In this document: in pieces, positions 33,938-43,053 of the stretch
Position numbering within the stretch: position 1 is the first letter of the stretch
Layout of the letters: every line of letters begins with the position of its first letter
Assembly: GCA_964252075.1 (NCBI GenBank)
Contig: CAXULY010000023.1
Span: 22,846-86,845 of the forward strand
Origin: an uncultured Deinococcaceae bacterium
GTDB lineage: Bacteria > Deinococcota > Deinococci > Deinococcales > Deinococcaceae
Reading direction: 5' to 3'
DNA length: 64,000 bases
The notes under the pieces: model-generated
Seen by the model: the letters and a program-made list of their open reading frames with translations, nothing else
What the model was told of the DNA's origin: nothing
The model's database searches: none
Translations under genes and position numbers: made by a program

Positions 33938-34425
33938 CGCGCCGATACGCCAAGGACACCGACGTCACCGCTCAGCGGACCCGTCAGGAGATTGAGGCAC
34001 TCCTCCAGAAGTTCGGCTGCGCTCAGTTCGGCGTGGCGCAGGACAACGAGCGCCACCTTGTGACGCTGGCCTTCGTCTTCCACGGTCAGCCGCACCGCAT
34101 CGTGCTGCCCCTGCCGAACCCCAGTGCGCAGGAGTTCACGCACTACCGCAACCCGAACGCGGGCAGCGGCTGGACGCCGCGCCCAAAGAAGCGCCAGTAC
34201 TCCGGTCAGGCGTCTACCACAGCAGAGGCAGTTCAGCAGGCCACGGATTCTCGCTGGCGGGCGCTGCTGCTGATGCTGCGCGCGCAGTTGGAGTACGCCG
34301 ACCTGACCAGCACGGACGCCCTGCTGGCCCTCGCCGCGTACCGCGTCCTCAGCAATGGCCGCACCGTGGCCGAGCAGATCACGGACACGGGCAACCCACC
34401 GGCCCTGACGTGGGGTAACGCGTGA
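33934..34425 (+). CDS. Conserved-type phage hypothetical protein
   Basis: RYAKDTDV...TRQEIE.LL.KFG..., RWRALLL; ATGA-coupled. Confidence 0.7.
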   Translation: MTRRYAKDTDVTAQRTRQEIEALLQKFGCAQFGVAQDNERHLVTLAFVFHGQPHRIVLPLPNPSAQEFTHYRNPNAGSGWTPRPKKRQYSGQASTTAEAVQQATDSRWRALLLMLRAQLEYADLTSTDALLALAAYRVLSNGRTVAEQITDTGNPPALTWGNA

Positions 34426-34805
34426 CGACCGGCGCGCCCCTCAACCTGCGGCCCTTCGCGCCGCACCTCGCCCTCGCCTGGGTGGGGTGCGGCACGCTCG
34501 CGGCCCTCTCCCCCGTTCCCCTCGTGACCGCAGTGGCTGGCACCTCCAGCATCGCGGCGGGCCTGTGCGCCCTCGGAGCCCTCATGATGACTGGCACCCG
34601 CATCCACGACGCGCACGCCGAGCGCGCCGTCCTCGCCCGCAAAGGCTTGCTCGTCGGCGCGCGCGTCCCCCTGACCAAGAACTGGCTCTGGCTGCGCCTG
34701 CGCCGCCGCGGCCAGCTGCGCGTCCTGCACGCGGGGGTGCCCATCGAGCGCCGCGAGTTCATCCCACCCGTCGAGGTCCGCGTGTCCGAGGCGGTGGTGC
34801 GGTGA
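34422..34805 (+). CDS. Hypothetical membrane protein
   Basis: Two hydrophobic segments; coupled overlaps. Confidence 0.6.
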   Translation: MTTGAPLNLRPFAPHLALAWVGCGTLAALSPVPLVTAVAGTSSIAAGLCALGALMMTGTRIHDAHAERAVLARKGLLVGARVPLTKNWLWLRLRRRGQLRVLHAGVPIERREFIPPVEVRVSEAVVR

Positions 34806-35398
34806 AGCTCAGCGACGTGACGCGCCGCCTCGAAGCGCCGTTCGCCACGCACCTCGTGGGCTGGGCGCCGTACTTCATCACGCATGACCGCGAGCGCGCG
34901 TTAATGCTCGCTCACGTGGACGCCCGGTCGGTCATGGACCGTCTGGACGCCATCTGCCCGAACGAATGGACCTTCGAGATCACGGTCGTTCAGGGCGCGG
35001 CGCTGCCGACCGTGAAGGGACGCCTGACCGTGCTGGGCGTCACGCGTGAGGACATCGGCGAGGCGAACAGCACGGACGTGAAGCCGTCCCTGAAGACCGC
35101 CGCGAGTGACGCGCTCAAGCGCTGCGCCGTGCACTTCGGCATTGGTCGCTACCTGTACGACCTGCCCCGCCAGTGGGTGGACTGGGACGACTCGAAGCGC
35201 GAAGCGAAGGACGGCGACCCCGAGCTGCCCGCGTGGGCGCGCCCCGAAGGCGAACGCTCGCCCGGTGGGCAGCACATCGTGCAGGCCATCGAGCAGCTCA
35301 AGGACGAACTCCCCGAGGACCTGGACCTGCAGCGCGAGGTGTACAAGCACCTCCGTGCCGCCCTGGCCACCCTGCGCCCGGAAGGACAGCCCGCATGA
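34802..35398 (+). CDS. ddrA: DdrA-like Rad52/22 family ssDNA-binding/annealing protein
   Basis: MKLSDV..RL.APF, LAHVDAR, PTVKGRLTVLGVTREDIGE, AASDALKRCAV.FGIGRYLYDLP, LPEDLDLQREVYKHL, as recalled for Deinococcus DdrA. Confidence 0.9.
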   Translation: MKLSDVTRRLEAPFATHLVGWAPYFITHDRERALMLAHVDARSVMDRLDAICPNEWTFEITVVQGAALPTVKGRLTVLGVTREDIGEANSTDVKPSLKTAASDALKRCAVHFGIGRYLYDLPRQWVDWDDSKREAKDGDPELPAWARPEGERSPGGQHIVQAIEQLKDELPEDLDLQREVYKHLRAALATLRPEGQPA

Positions 35399-36270
35399 CC
35401 AGCCCCAAGCCCAGCTTCACCCTCGCGCCGTCGCACTTCGCCTACCTCTATGCCGAGTGCCCGCGCTGCTACGCGCTGCACGTCGTGCACAAGGACTACC
35501 GGCCCTTCGCGCCGTTTCCCAGCGTCTTCGGGAAGATTGACGGCGCCAACAAGGCGTTCTTCGGGTCGCAGCGCACCGAGGACGTGCTGCCCGCCCTGCC
35601 GCCCGGGCTGATCGTCACGCCCGGCCGGCAGAAGCTGACCTCTCACCCCTTCGAGCTCGAAGACGCCACGGTGCAGCTCAGCGGGTACCTGGACGCGTAC
35701 GTCGAGTTCGACGATGGCACGCTCGGCGTGGTGGATTTCAAGACCACCAGTAGCGCCGTAGGGCAGGACGAAAAGTATTCCCGACAGCTGCATTCGTACG
35801 CGCACGCCCTCGAAGCGAAGACCGGCAAGACCGTGAGCCACATGGGCCTGTTCGTTCTGAGCCCCATTGAGCTGCGGGGCTCGAGCCTCAAACCGGGCGC
35901 GGGGTGGGGACTGTGGATGGACGGCGCGTACGTGCCTGTCGAGCGGGATGACGTGGCGTTCAAGGCCTTCCTCGGCCAGGTGGCTACGCTGCTGGCGGGC
36001 CCGCTGCCCGATCCCGCACTGACGTGTGGGTACTGCGACTACCGCACCCGGCCCCTCCCGGTGCCGGAGCGCGGCGCCTTCACGAGAGCGCTGCGTTCTG
36101 GGTGTCACGTCGGGCTGGCCTCGCTCGGGCAGGACGGCTTCAACGCCGGACTGAACAGTGGCGGCGTGACTCCCACCTGGCTGGCCGAGGGCCAGGGTCC
36201 CACGCCCGAAGCGGCGCTCGCGGAGCTGCAGGCGAAGTACAACCTCATGCCCCATGAGGACGACGCATGA
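35395..36270 (+). CDS. PD-(D/E)XK exonuclease (RecB/Cas4-like)
   Basis: ECPRC, GYLD, VVDFKT, QLHSY, CGYCDY. Confidence 0.88.
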   Translation: MTSPKPSFTLAPSHFAYLYAECPRCYALHVVHKDYRPFAPFPSVFGKIDGANKAFFGSQRTEDVLPALPPGLIVTPGRQKLTSHPFELEDATVQLSGYLDAYVEFDDGTLGVVDFKTTSSAVGQDEKYSRQLHSYAHALEAKTGKTVSHMGLFVLSPIELRGSSLKPGAGWGLWMDGAYVPVERDDVAFKAFLGQVATLLAGPLPDPALTCGYCDYRTRPLPVPERGAFTRALRSGCHVGLASLGQDGFNAGLNSGGVTPTWLAEGQGPTPEAALAELQAKYNLMPHEDDA

Positions 36271-37574
36271 CCGCCCTCGAACGGCACCAGCCGCAGGTGT
36301 CCGCACAGCTCACCCTGCACCACGACTATTCGCGCGAGCAGATGGACCTCATCAAGGCCACCATGGCGCCGGAGACCAGCGACCTTGAATTCAAGCTGTT
36401 CCTGGAGGTCAGCCGCACCCTGGGCCTCAGCCCCCTGCAGCGCCAGATCCACGCCGTGATGCGCAGCGAGCGTGTGAACGAGAACGGTCAGTGGCGGTCC
36501 GTCAAGAAGATGGTCATTCAGACCGGCATCGACGGCTACCGCCTGATCGCCGCGCGCACCAACGCGCACGTCGGCACGAGTGACGCCGAGTTCGGCCCGC
36601 CGAACGCCGAAGGGTATCCAAGCTGGGCAAAGGTCACCGCCCGCCGCCTCGTGCAGGGCCTGATCGCCGAGTACCCCGCCACCGCCCACTGGACGGAGTA
36701 CGTGCAGAAGAACGGCAAGGGCGAAGTCAACAGCATGTGGAAGCAGCGCCCTTACGGGCAGCTCGCCAAGTGCGCCGAGGCGCTCGCCCTGCGCAAGGCG
36801 TTCCCGGCGGAGCTGAGCGGCGTGTACACGGACACCGAGATGGACCAGGCGGACAACCCGCCCGCGGAGGTGCACCAGGAGCGTCGGCAGGACGTGACCG
36901 CCCATGTAGCCCAAGAGGCAGGCGTGGAGACCAAACGCCTGGCCCTCCCTGAGCCGAGCGCGGACGAGCAGCAGCGCGAGGAGGCACTGCGCGCGTGGGC
37001 TGCGAAGATCAGCACCGCCGTCGAGCGCCTCCGCGGCAAGGACCTGAAGGCAGACGCGGACGCCATCCTCACGCGGTACCCGACATGGCGCAAGGACGTG
37101 AAGCAGGCGACCGCCGCCTACGCGGAGCTGAAGGCACGCGCCGAGCGTTGGGTCGCCGAGGACGAGGCGCGCCGCGAGGGTCCCGTCGAGCAGGGCCTCG
37201 CGGTGCACATCGCGCGCGAACTGCAGGACCGCTACGGCTTCAAGGGCACGAAGGAAGAGCGCGCGCAGCGCCTGTCCTTCGTGGGCTGGATCGTCGGCGC
37301 GCCCGGCCTCACCAGCACCAAGGACCTGAACCAGGGGCAGGCCGAGCGCCTCCTCCAGGTCCTGAACGGCGCGGACCCCAATGAGCTGCTGGAGCGCTGG
37401 CACCTGCACGTCGCCGAGCAGGTCGACGCGAGCGCGCAGACCGCCGAGGTCGCCCGCCGCGAGCGCGCGCACCTCGGCAGTGCGCCCGTGCAGGACGCCG
37501 AGTTCACGCAACTCGACCGCGAATTCCCGGATGACGACCTCGTCCCGTACCGCGACGAGGACCTCCCCTTCTGA
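36267..37574 (+). CDS. bet: Phage recombination protein Bet (RecT/Red-beta family)
   Basis: GLSPLQRQIH, QTGIDGYRLIA, W..RP..QLAKCAEALALRKAFP..LSGVY...EM. Confidence 0.92.
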   Translation: MTALERHQPQVSAQLTLHHDYSREQMDLIKATMAPETSDLEFKLFLEVSRTLGLSPLQRQIHAVMRSERVNENGQWRSVKKMVIQTGIDGYRLIAARTNAHVGTSDAEFGPPNAEGYPSWAKVTARRLVQGLIAEYPATAHWTEYVQKNGKGEVNSMWKQRPYGQLAKCAEALALRKAFPAELSGVYTDTEMDQADNPPAEVHQERRQDVTAHVAQEAGVETKRLALPEPSADEQQREEALRAWAAKISTAVERLRGKDLKADADAILTRYPTWRKDVKQATAAYAELKARAERWVAEDEARREGPVEQGLAVHIARELQDRYGFKGTKEERAQRLSFVGWIVGAPGLTSTKDLNQGQAERLLQVLNGADPNELLERWHLHVAEQVDASAQTAEVARRERAHLGSAPVQDAEFTQLDREFPDDDLVPYRDEDLPF

Positions 37575-37624
37575 CCCCCTTCGCCCGGCGCGCACCGCGC
37601 CGGGCCGCTTGACCGAGGCACCGC

Positions 37625-38176
37625 ATGACACCGACACACAGCCACCACCTCGCGGACGTGTACGCCGACCTGTACGAACAGGCCGTCACCAAGGGCACGG
37701 CGCGCACCACCCTCGCGAAGGGCCTCCACATCCTCGTGCGGTACCGCGCGAACGGCGCCCGCCAGATGGTCCTCACCCGCACCGCCGACACCGCGCCGAG
37801 CGCGCTGGAGGCGAAGACCTGCGCGGAGCAGGCGGGCTTCCCCGACTTCCGCGCGCTGCCCTGGACGACCGGGAAGGGCCTGCCCGCCCTGGTCGTGACG
37901 GAAGTCCTCCCGCCACCCATCACCGGCGCCGACGAACCCGAGGAGCCGGAGGAGGCCGCCCAGCCGCCCGCCCCTGCCCTGCCGAACTTCGACCGGAACC
38001 TCGTGAGCGCCGAGATCCTCGCGATCAGCGCGAACCGCGGGGAGTTCTGGACGTGGGCGCAGGTGGTCGAGGCGCGCACCAAAGGCCTCGCCGCGATGAC
38101 CGACCAGGAGCTGCACCACGAGCTGGTGCTGCACCGCCGCTTCTACAAACGCCCCGAGCGCGCGGTGTTCGCGTGA
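37625..38176 (+). CDS. Hypothetical phage protein
   Basis: GAGG RBS, GC3 bias. Confidence 0.65.
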   Translation: MTPTHSHHLADVYADLYEQAVTKGTARTTLAKGLHILVRYRANGARQMVLTRTADTAPSALEAKTCAEQAGFPDFRALPWTTGKGLPALVVTEVLPPPITGADEPEEPEEAAQPPAPALPNFDRNLVSAEILAISANRGEFWTWAQVVEARTKGLAAMTDQELHHELVLHRRFYKRPERAVFA

Positions 38177-39183
38177 GCATCAAGGTCATGACGGAGGTGT
38201 GGGCGTCATCGGGCGCGACCTCCACCAAGCGCCTGATGATGCTCGCCCTCGCGGACCACGCGAACGACGAGGGCTGGTGCTACCCGAGCGTGATCGGCCT
38301 CGCCACCAAGTGCTGCATCACCGAACGAAACGCGCAACTGATCCTGCGCGAACTCGAAGCGAGCGGCGAGCTGATCACCGAGCCTGGCGCCGGGCGGGGA
38401 CACAAGAACCTGTACTGGGTGCTGCCCCCGGCCACGCAGGAACGGGTGGCGCTGGAACTGACGGAGCAGCTGGGCCGCACGAAGCTCGCCGAAGAAAAGG
38501 TGAAAATCTCTGCGCTGCTCGAAAAGGTGAAGTCCTGTGCGGAAAAGGCGAAATCCCCTGCACAAAAGGTGAAATCCAGCGGCGAAAAGGTGCAGGGGAT
38601 TTCACCCGAACCATCAGTAACCGTCAGTGAACCATCAACAGGAACCAGAGAGAGCGAAGGCGAAACGGCCGACCCGGACAACGCGCTGCGCTCGGGTAAG
38701 GATCAGGACCGGCACCCCAACCGCCCAGGCGGCGCTGATCGCGCCGCAGCCGCTCACGCGGCTGGCCGAGGCCCCGCCCTGACCGTCACGGGATCACGGG
38801 CTGAGGGCAAGGCAACCGACGCACCGCCCACGAGCACTGAAGAAGTTCCGGGCGGCGGCTGGGCCGCTGTGGACAACCCTGTGGACAACCCGTCCGCGCG
38901 GTACCTGCGCAACATCTTCCGCCCGGACAAGCGACCCGACATGCTCGACGAGGAACCGGACCGCGCCCGCTGGCACGAGATCCCCGTGGAGCGCATCCGC
39001 GACCTGAAGCTCAAGGCCGTCGAGCAGGCCCAGAAGTCCGGCGGGTCGTTCCGCACGCCGCTGATCGGCTTCCTGGACCTGGAGATCGCCCGCCAGCGCA
39101 AACCCAAGACCCGCACCGTCCGCGACGACCGCCAGGCGGCGGACGACGAGGTCGACGCGATCCTCAACGGAGGCAAGGAATGA
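38173..39183 (+). CDS. Phage replication initiator (N-terminal wHTH)
   Basis: LALADHANDEG.CYPS...LA; internal iteron array. Confidence 0.85.
   Translation: MSIKVMTEVWASSGATSTKRLMMLALADHANDEGWCYPSVIGLATKCCITERNAQLILRELEASGELITEPGAGRGHKNLYWVLPPATQERVALELTEQLGRTKLAEEKVKISALLEKVKSCAEKAKSPAQKVKSSGEKVQGISPEPSVTVSEPSTGTRESEGETADPDNALRSGKDQDRHPNRPGGADRAAAAHAAGRGPALTVTGSRAEGKATDAPPTSTEEVPGGGWAAVDNPVDNPSARYLRNIFRPDKRPDMLDEEPDRARWHEIPVERIRDLKLKAVEQAQKSGGSFRTPLIGFLDLEIARQRKPKTRTVRDDRQAADDEVDAILNGGKE
38494..38606 (+). repeat. Iteron array (putative phage ori)
   Basis: (G/C)AAAAGG(T/C)G at 38494, 38521, 38542, 38563, 38584, plus an inverted copy. Confidence 0.75.
38868..38888 (-). promoter_or_regulatory. 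Two tandem DnaA-box-like 9-mers
   Basis: TGTGGACAA at 38868 and 38880 (= TTGTCCACA). Confidence 0.6.
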
Positions 39184-39827
39184 GCGACGCCTTTGACCTG
39201 CGCGCCGACCTGACCGACGCGCTGCTGCAACGCCCCGCGACGCTCGACGCCATCACCCGCAACCGCGCACGCCGCGAGGCCGGCCCCCGATCCAGCGCCG
39301 TGAGCACCGACCGCCAGGGCGAGCACGCGACGGGCGCGCTGCTAGAGGACGCGATGCAGTCCCAGGACTTCGGGGAGCGGGCCACCCGCGCCCAGATGGT
39401 CGAGACCCTACAGCAGCACCCGCGCGCCCTCCAGGCGCTGCGCGCGAACCGCCTGCGGAACCTGGAGCGGCACGCCACCCCCGCGGCGCCCAGCACCACC
39501 GGCGCCACCTGCCCCTGGTGCGACGCGCCCGGCGAGCCCGTGCAGGTCATGAACAGCAGCGGCACCTTCGCCATGACCGTCACGCGCCTGCGCCCCGACT
39601 GCTGCCCGGACGCCCTGCTTGACAGCGCGCAGCGCGCACTCCGGTATGCCCGCAACCCGGACGGACCCACCAACGAACGCACCGAGAACGCGCAGCGGTA
39701 CCTGCAGCTGCGCGGCCAGATCACACGCCGCGAGGACCTCGCGCAGCTCGACGCGCTCGAAGCCGAACTGAAGCGCCGCGCCGCGAACCGCGGCCCGTCC
39801 TACGCCCGCACCACCCCCGACCTGTGA
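39180..39827 (+). CDS. Hypothetical phage protein (CPWC motif)
   Basis: ATGA-coupled to the initiator. Confidence 0.65.
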   Translation: MSDAFDLRADLTDALLQRPATLDAITRNRARREAGPRSSAVSTDRQGEHATGALLEDAMQSQDFGERATRAQMVETLQQHPRALQALRANRLRNLERHATPAAPSTTGATCPWCDAPGEPVQVMNSSGTFAMTVTRLRPDCCPDALLDSAQRALRYARNPDGPTNERTENAQRYLQLRGQITRREDLAQLDALEAELKRRAANRGPSYARTTPDL

Positions 39828-39853
39828 CCCCTCCACCCGCGAAGGAGACGACC

Positions 39854-41872
39854 ATGACCAAAACAGCAGCGACCGCACCGACCAACGCCGCCCCCAAGAA
39901 GCGCGGCCGCCCGGCCAAGAAGACCACCGCAGGTGATGCCGCAGCTGAGTCGGCGCATGCCGCAGCTGAGTCGGCGCATGCCGCAGCTGAGTCGGCACAT
40001 GCCGTCACCGAGGCCATCCGGGTGTCCACGGAGGCCGCCGAGCAGTTCGCGGCGACCCTCGCCACCCCCACGCCGGAAGCGGCCGCGGCGCTGGAGGAGC
40101 TGGGCGTGACGCCCCTGAACGCCGAGGCGCCCGTGACAACCCCGGTTGACGCCGCACCGTTCCTGTGGGGCAGCAAGGTCACCACGGCGCCGCTGTACAG
40201 CCTGGTGGCCAGCCCCCTCAACCCCCGCAAGCACTTCGAGGAGTCGAGCATCGCGGAACTCGCGGAGTCCGTGGCACACAAGGGCTTGATGCAGAACCTC
40301 GTGGTGCGGCGCGGCGACCACCCGAACGAGTACGAGGTGGTCGCCGGTGGCCGCCGCCTGCGCGCGCTGCAGCTGCTGGAGCAGAGCGGCCGCATTCAGT
40401 CGGGGTACGAGGTGCCCGTGCGGCTCGCGGCGCTCACGGACCTGGAGGCGCTGCAGCTGGCGACCGCCGAGAACGTCGAGCGGCGCAGCATGACGCCGCT
40501 GGAGGAGGCCGACGCGTTCGCCCGCATGATCGAGCTGGGCGCGAGCGCGGAGGACATCGCGCTGCGCTTCGGGTACAACCGCCGCACCATCGACCAGCGC
40601 CTCACCCTCGCCCGCGACCTGGGCGACGACGCGCGGGAGCTGCTAAACGCCAGAGAGATCACGCTCGGGCAGGCGCAGGTCATCGCCATGACGTCGGGCC
40701 CACTGCGCAAGCACGTACTGAACTCCGCTCGCGCGGGCAACAGCCCGGACCGGCTGCGTCAGACGATCAGGAGCAGCAGCTTCTTGGTGGATCACGCGAA
40801 GTTCGACGTGCAGGCCTCCGGACTCGCCGTCGTCGAGGACCTCTTCGGAGACACACCTGCGCGATTCGCGGACCCACAGGCCGCCCTCGCCCTCCAGTTG
40901 GACTGGGTGAATGCCCGCGCCGAGACGCTGCGCGCCAAGGAGAAACACCACTTCGTGGACCTGGTGGCTCAGGACCGCGAGAACCTGTACCTCCCGTACA
41001 GCGATTACGACAGCCACACCGGCTACAAGGACCTCGCGGGCATCGTGCTGCTCTACAGCACCGTCACCGGCGAGATCAGGGAGCAGGGCGGTGTGGTGCG
41101 TGAAGCGGACAAGCGCGCCCGCCAGCAGAGCGAGCGCGCCAAGACCAAGGCCAAGGAATCCAGCGCGGCAGCCGGCAGCGAGGGCGGCGCCATTCGCAAG
41201 CAGGCGTGGCTCATGGCGCACGCGGCGCGCGCGGCGAGCGTGCGCGCCGCGCTGCTCGGCGACCACAAGCGCACCGTGGCGCTCACTATCCTGGGCTTGC
41301 TCGATGGCGGGAGCGTCGACATCCGCCTTGATGCCTCCTCCCTTCAGGGTGCCACCACGCCAGAAATCACGGCGCGCCTGCAGGAACTCGACCAGCGGCT
41401 CGGAGGCCTCCTGAAGCCCCGCGAGCCGGGCAGCGCGTGGCCCGTGAGCCGCGAGCACTTCAGCGGCAGCGGCATGTGGGGTGACAAGCTCTCGAAGGCC
41501 GAATACAAGCTGTTCGACCAGCTGTGCACGCTGGAGCTGGCCGAACTGCTGGACCTGCTGAGCATCCTCATGGCGTGCACCGTGGGGAACTGGAGCATCT
41601 ACACCCCGCAGGTGCCCGCCACGCCCTTCCTGACTTCACTCGCGAAGGCGACCGGCGCGCAGCCGCAGCTGCGCCTCACGGACGAGTACCTGAAGGCCTA
41701 CACCCGCGACCGCCTCATCGAGCTGGCGAAGGAAGCCGGGCTGGACCACGTGAACCTCGCGAAGCTCAGCACCAGCAAGGACATGCGCGCGGCCATCCTC
41801 TCCAGCGCTGACGCCCTGCACGCGCGCGGCTTCGTCCCGTCCTTCGTGCAGTTCGGCGGCAAGGGCGCATGA
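39854..41872 (+). CDS. ParB/RepB/Spo0J family protein
   Basis: NPRKHF, GLMQNLVV, VAGGRRLRA, ENVERRSM.PLEEA; N-terminal KKRGRP AT-hook. Confidence 0.9.
   Translation: MTKTAATAPTNAAPKKRGRPAKKTTAGDAAAESAHAAAESAHAAAESAHAVTEAIRVSTEAAEQFAATLATPTPEAAAALEELGVTPLNAEAPVTTPVDAAPFLWGSKVTTAPLYSLVASPLNPRKHFEESSIAELAESVAHKGLMQNLVVRRGDHPNEYEVVAGGRRLRALQLLEQSGRIQSGYEVPVRLAALTDLEALQLATAENVERRSMTPLEEADAFARMIELGASAEDIALRFGYNRRTIDQRLTLARDLGDDARELLNAREITLGQAQVIAMTSGPLRKHVLNSARAGNSPDRLRQTIRSSSFLVDHAKFDVQASGLAVVEDLFGDTPARFADPQAALALQLDWVNARAETLRAKEKHHFVDLVAQDRENLYLPYSDYDSHTGYKDLAGIVLLYSTVTGEIREQGGVVREADKRARQQSERAKTKAKESSAAAGSEGGAIRKQAWLMAHAARAASVRAALLGDHKRTVALTILGLLDGGSVDIRLDASSLQGATTPEITARLQELDQRLGGLLKPREPGSAWPVSREHFSGSGMWGDKLSKAEYKLFDQLCTLELAELLDLLSILMACTVGNWSIYTPQVPATPFLTSLAKATGAQPQLRLTDEYLKAYTRDRLIELAKEAGLDHVNLAKLSTSKDMRAAILSSADALHARGFVPSFVQFGGKGA
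39936..40004 (+). repeat. 21-bp tandem repeat x3 (AAAESAH)
   Basis: atgccgcagctgagtcggcgc units. Confidence 0.9.
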
Positions 41873-42114
41873 CGGACGCAGCGCTCTGCCTGATCTACCG
41901 CGACACGAGCGGTGTGATCCGCGCGGTCGTGATGGCCGACGCGCCTGGCGCGCTGCACACCGCGCACGTGGCGCGGCACGCGGGCTGGACGTGCACCGAG
42001 CACGAAGTGGAGGACGCCCGGACCATCCTCCGCGCCGAGGGCACCTGGTACACGCGCCAGCTCGAACCTGACCCGAACACCCCCGCCCGCAGCACCCAGC
42101 CGCCCCTCTTCTGA
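41869..42114 (+). CDS. Hypothetical phage protein
   Basis: ATGA-coupled. Confidence 0.6.
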   Translation: MTDAALCLIYRDTSGVIRAVVMADAPGALHTAHVARHAGWTCTEHEVEDARTILRAEGTWYTRQLEPDPNTPARSTQPPLF

Positions 42115-42157
42115 CCACGCCGGGGGCGGCCGACACGCCGCCCCCACCGGAGCCCCC

Positions 42158-42595
42158 ATGAAGAAGACCTACGACATCCAGATCGACGCCGTGAAGCACG
42201 ACACCAACAAGGACGGTGACTTCAAGACCACCATGCACCTCGCGCTGCTCGGCTCACCCGACGAGCGCTTCCTCGCGAAGGCCTACAACCTCAGCAAGAA
42301 AAAGGACAGCGGCCGCCTTGTCACCTTCAAGCTCCGCATCCGCGACGAGGACGGCAAGGAGCGCACGTGGAACCTGGTCAGCAAGGGCAGCAAGTCCAAG
42401 GACTTCCGCACCGTCGCCGTCGCCGAGACGTTCTTCAGCGCCCACAACCGCTTCGAGGCGTTCCTCGACCCCGCCGACCCGAACAAGATCGAGCTGAGCC
42501 TCACCGTGGAGATCGAGGAGCCGAACCAGCCGCTCTTCTCCCCTATCGACAGCGACGATGACCGCGACGGCGGTGGTCGGGACTTCCACGCATGA
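42158..42595 (+). CDS. Hypothetical phage protein, Lys/Asp-rich
   Basis: GGAG RBS; strong codon bias. Confidence 0.75.
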   Translation: MKKTYDIQIDAVKHDTNKDGDFKTTMHLALLGSPDERFLAKAYNLSKKKDSGRLVTFKLRIRDEDGKERTWNLVSKGSKSKDFRTVAVAETFFSAHNRFEAFLDPADPNKIELSLTVEIEEPNQPLFSPIDSDDDRDGGGRDFHA

Positions 42596-43053
42596 CGGCG
42601 TGCGCCCCCGCCCATGCGTACCGCGCGCTGATCACGAACGCCCTGCAGGCGCTGCGGGCCGCGGACGCCGACCAGGTCGCGGCGCACCTGGGCATCGCGC
42701 GCAGCACGGCGAGCCGGTACCTCGCACGCTGCCACGGGCACGGCGACGTCGTCCGCTCGTGGGACCTCGCGCGGCACAGCTGGACCTACGGCCTGCCCGA
42801 GCCGATGTACCGCTTCCTGATCACGGTGCACAACACGAACAGCAGCGCGAGCGCCGCGCATTGCAGTGACCTCACGCTGGCCGCCATCAAGGCCGGCATG
42901 CGCCCCTTCACCGCCGTCGAGCTGGCGACCCGCGTCTGGACTACCCAGGGGTCCGCGCACGACGGCGTGTACGGCATCGAATTCCGAGGCCAGGAGACGC
43001 CCATGAATGACCAACACACGTCCCTCAACACCACGGGCGGCGCCTCATGCTGA
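42592..43053 (+). CDS. wHTH-containing protein
   Basis: ADQVAAHLGIARSTASRYL. Confidence 0.7.
   Translation: MTACAPAHAYRALITNALQALRAADADQVAAHLGIARSTASRYLARCHGHGDVVRSWDLARHSWTYGLPEPMYRFLITVHNTNSSASAAHCSDLTLAAIKAGMRPFTAVELATRVWTTQGSAHDGVYGIEFRGQETPMNDQHTSLNTTGGASC

Noticed and set aside
35395..36270. Cas4/CRISPR system
   Set aside because: No repeat-spacer array or other cas genes; the context is phage recombination
38494..40004. Short repeats as a CRISPR array
   Set aside because: In-frame coding repeats with no unique spacers
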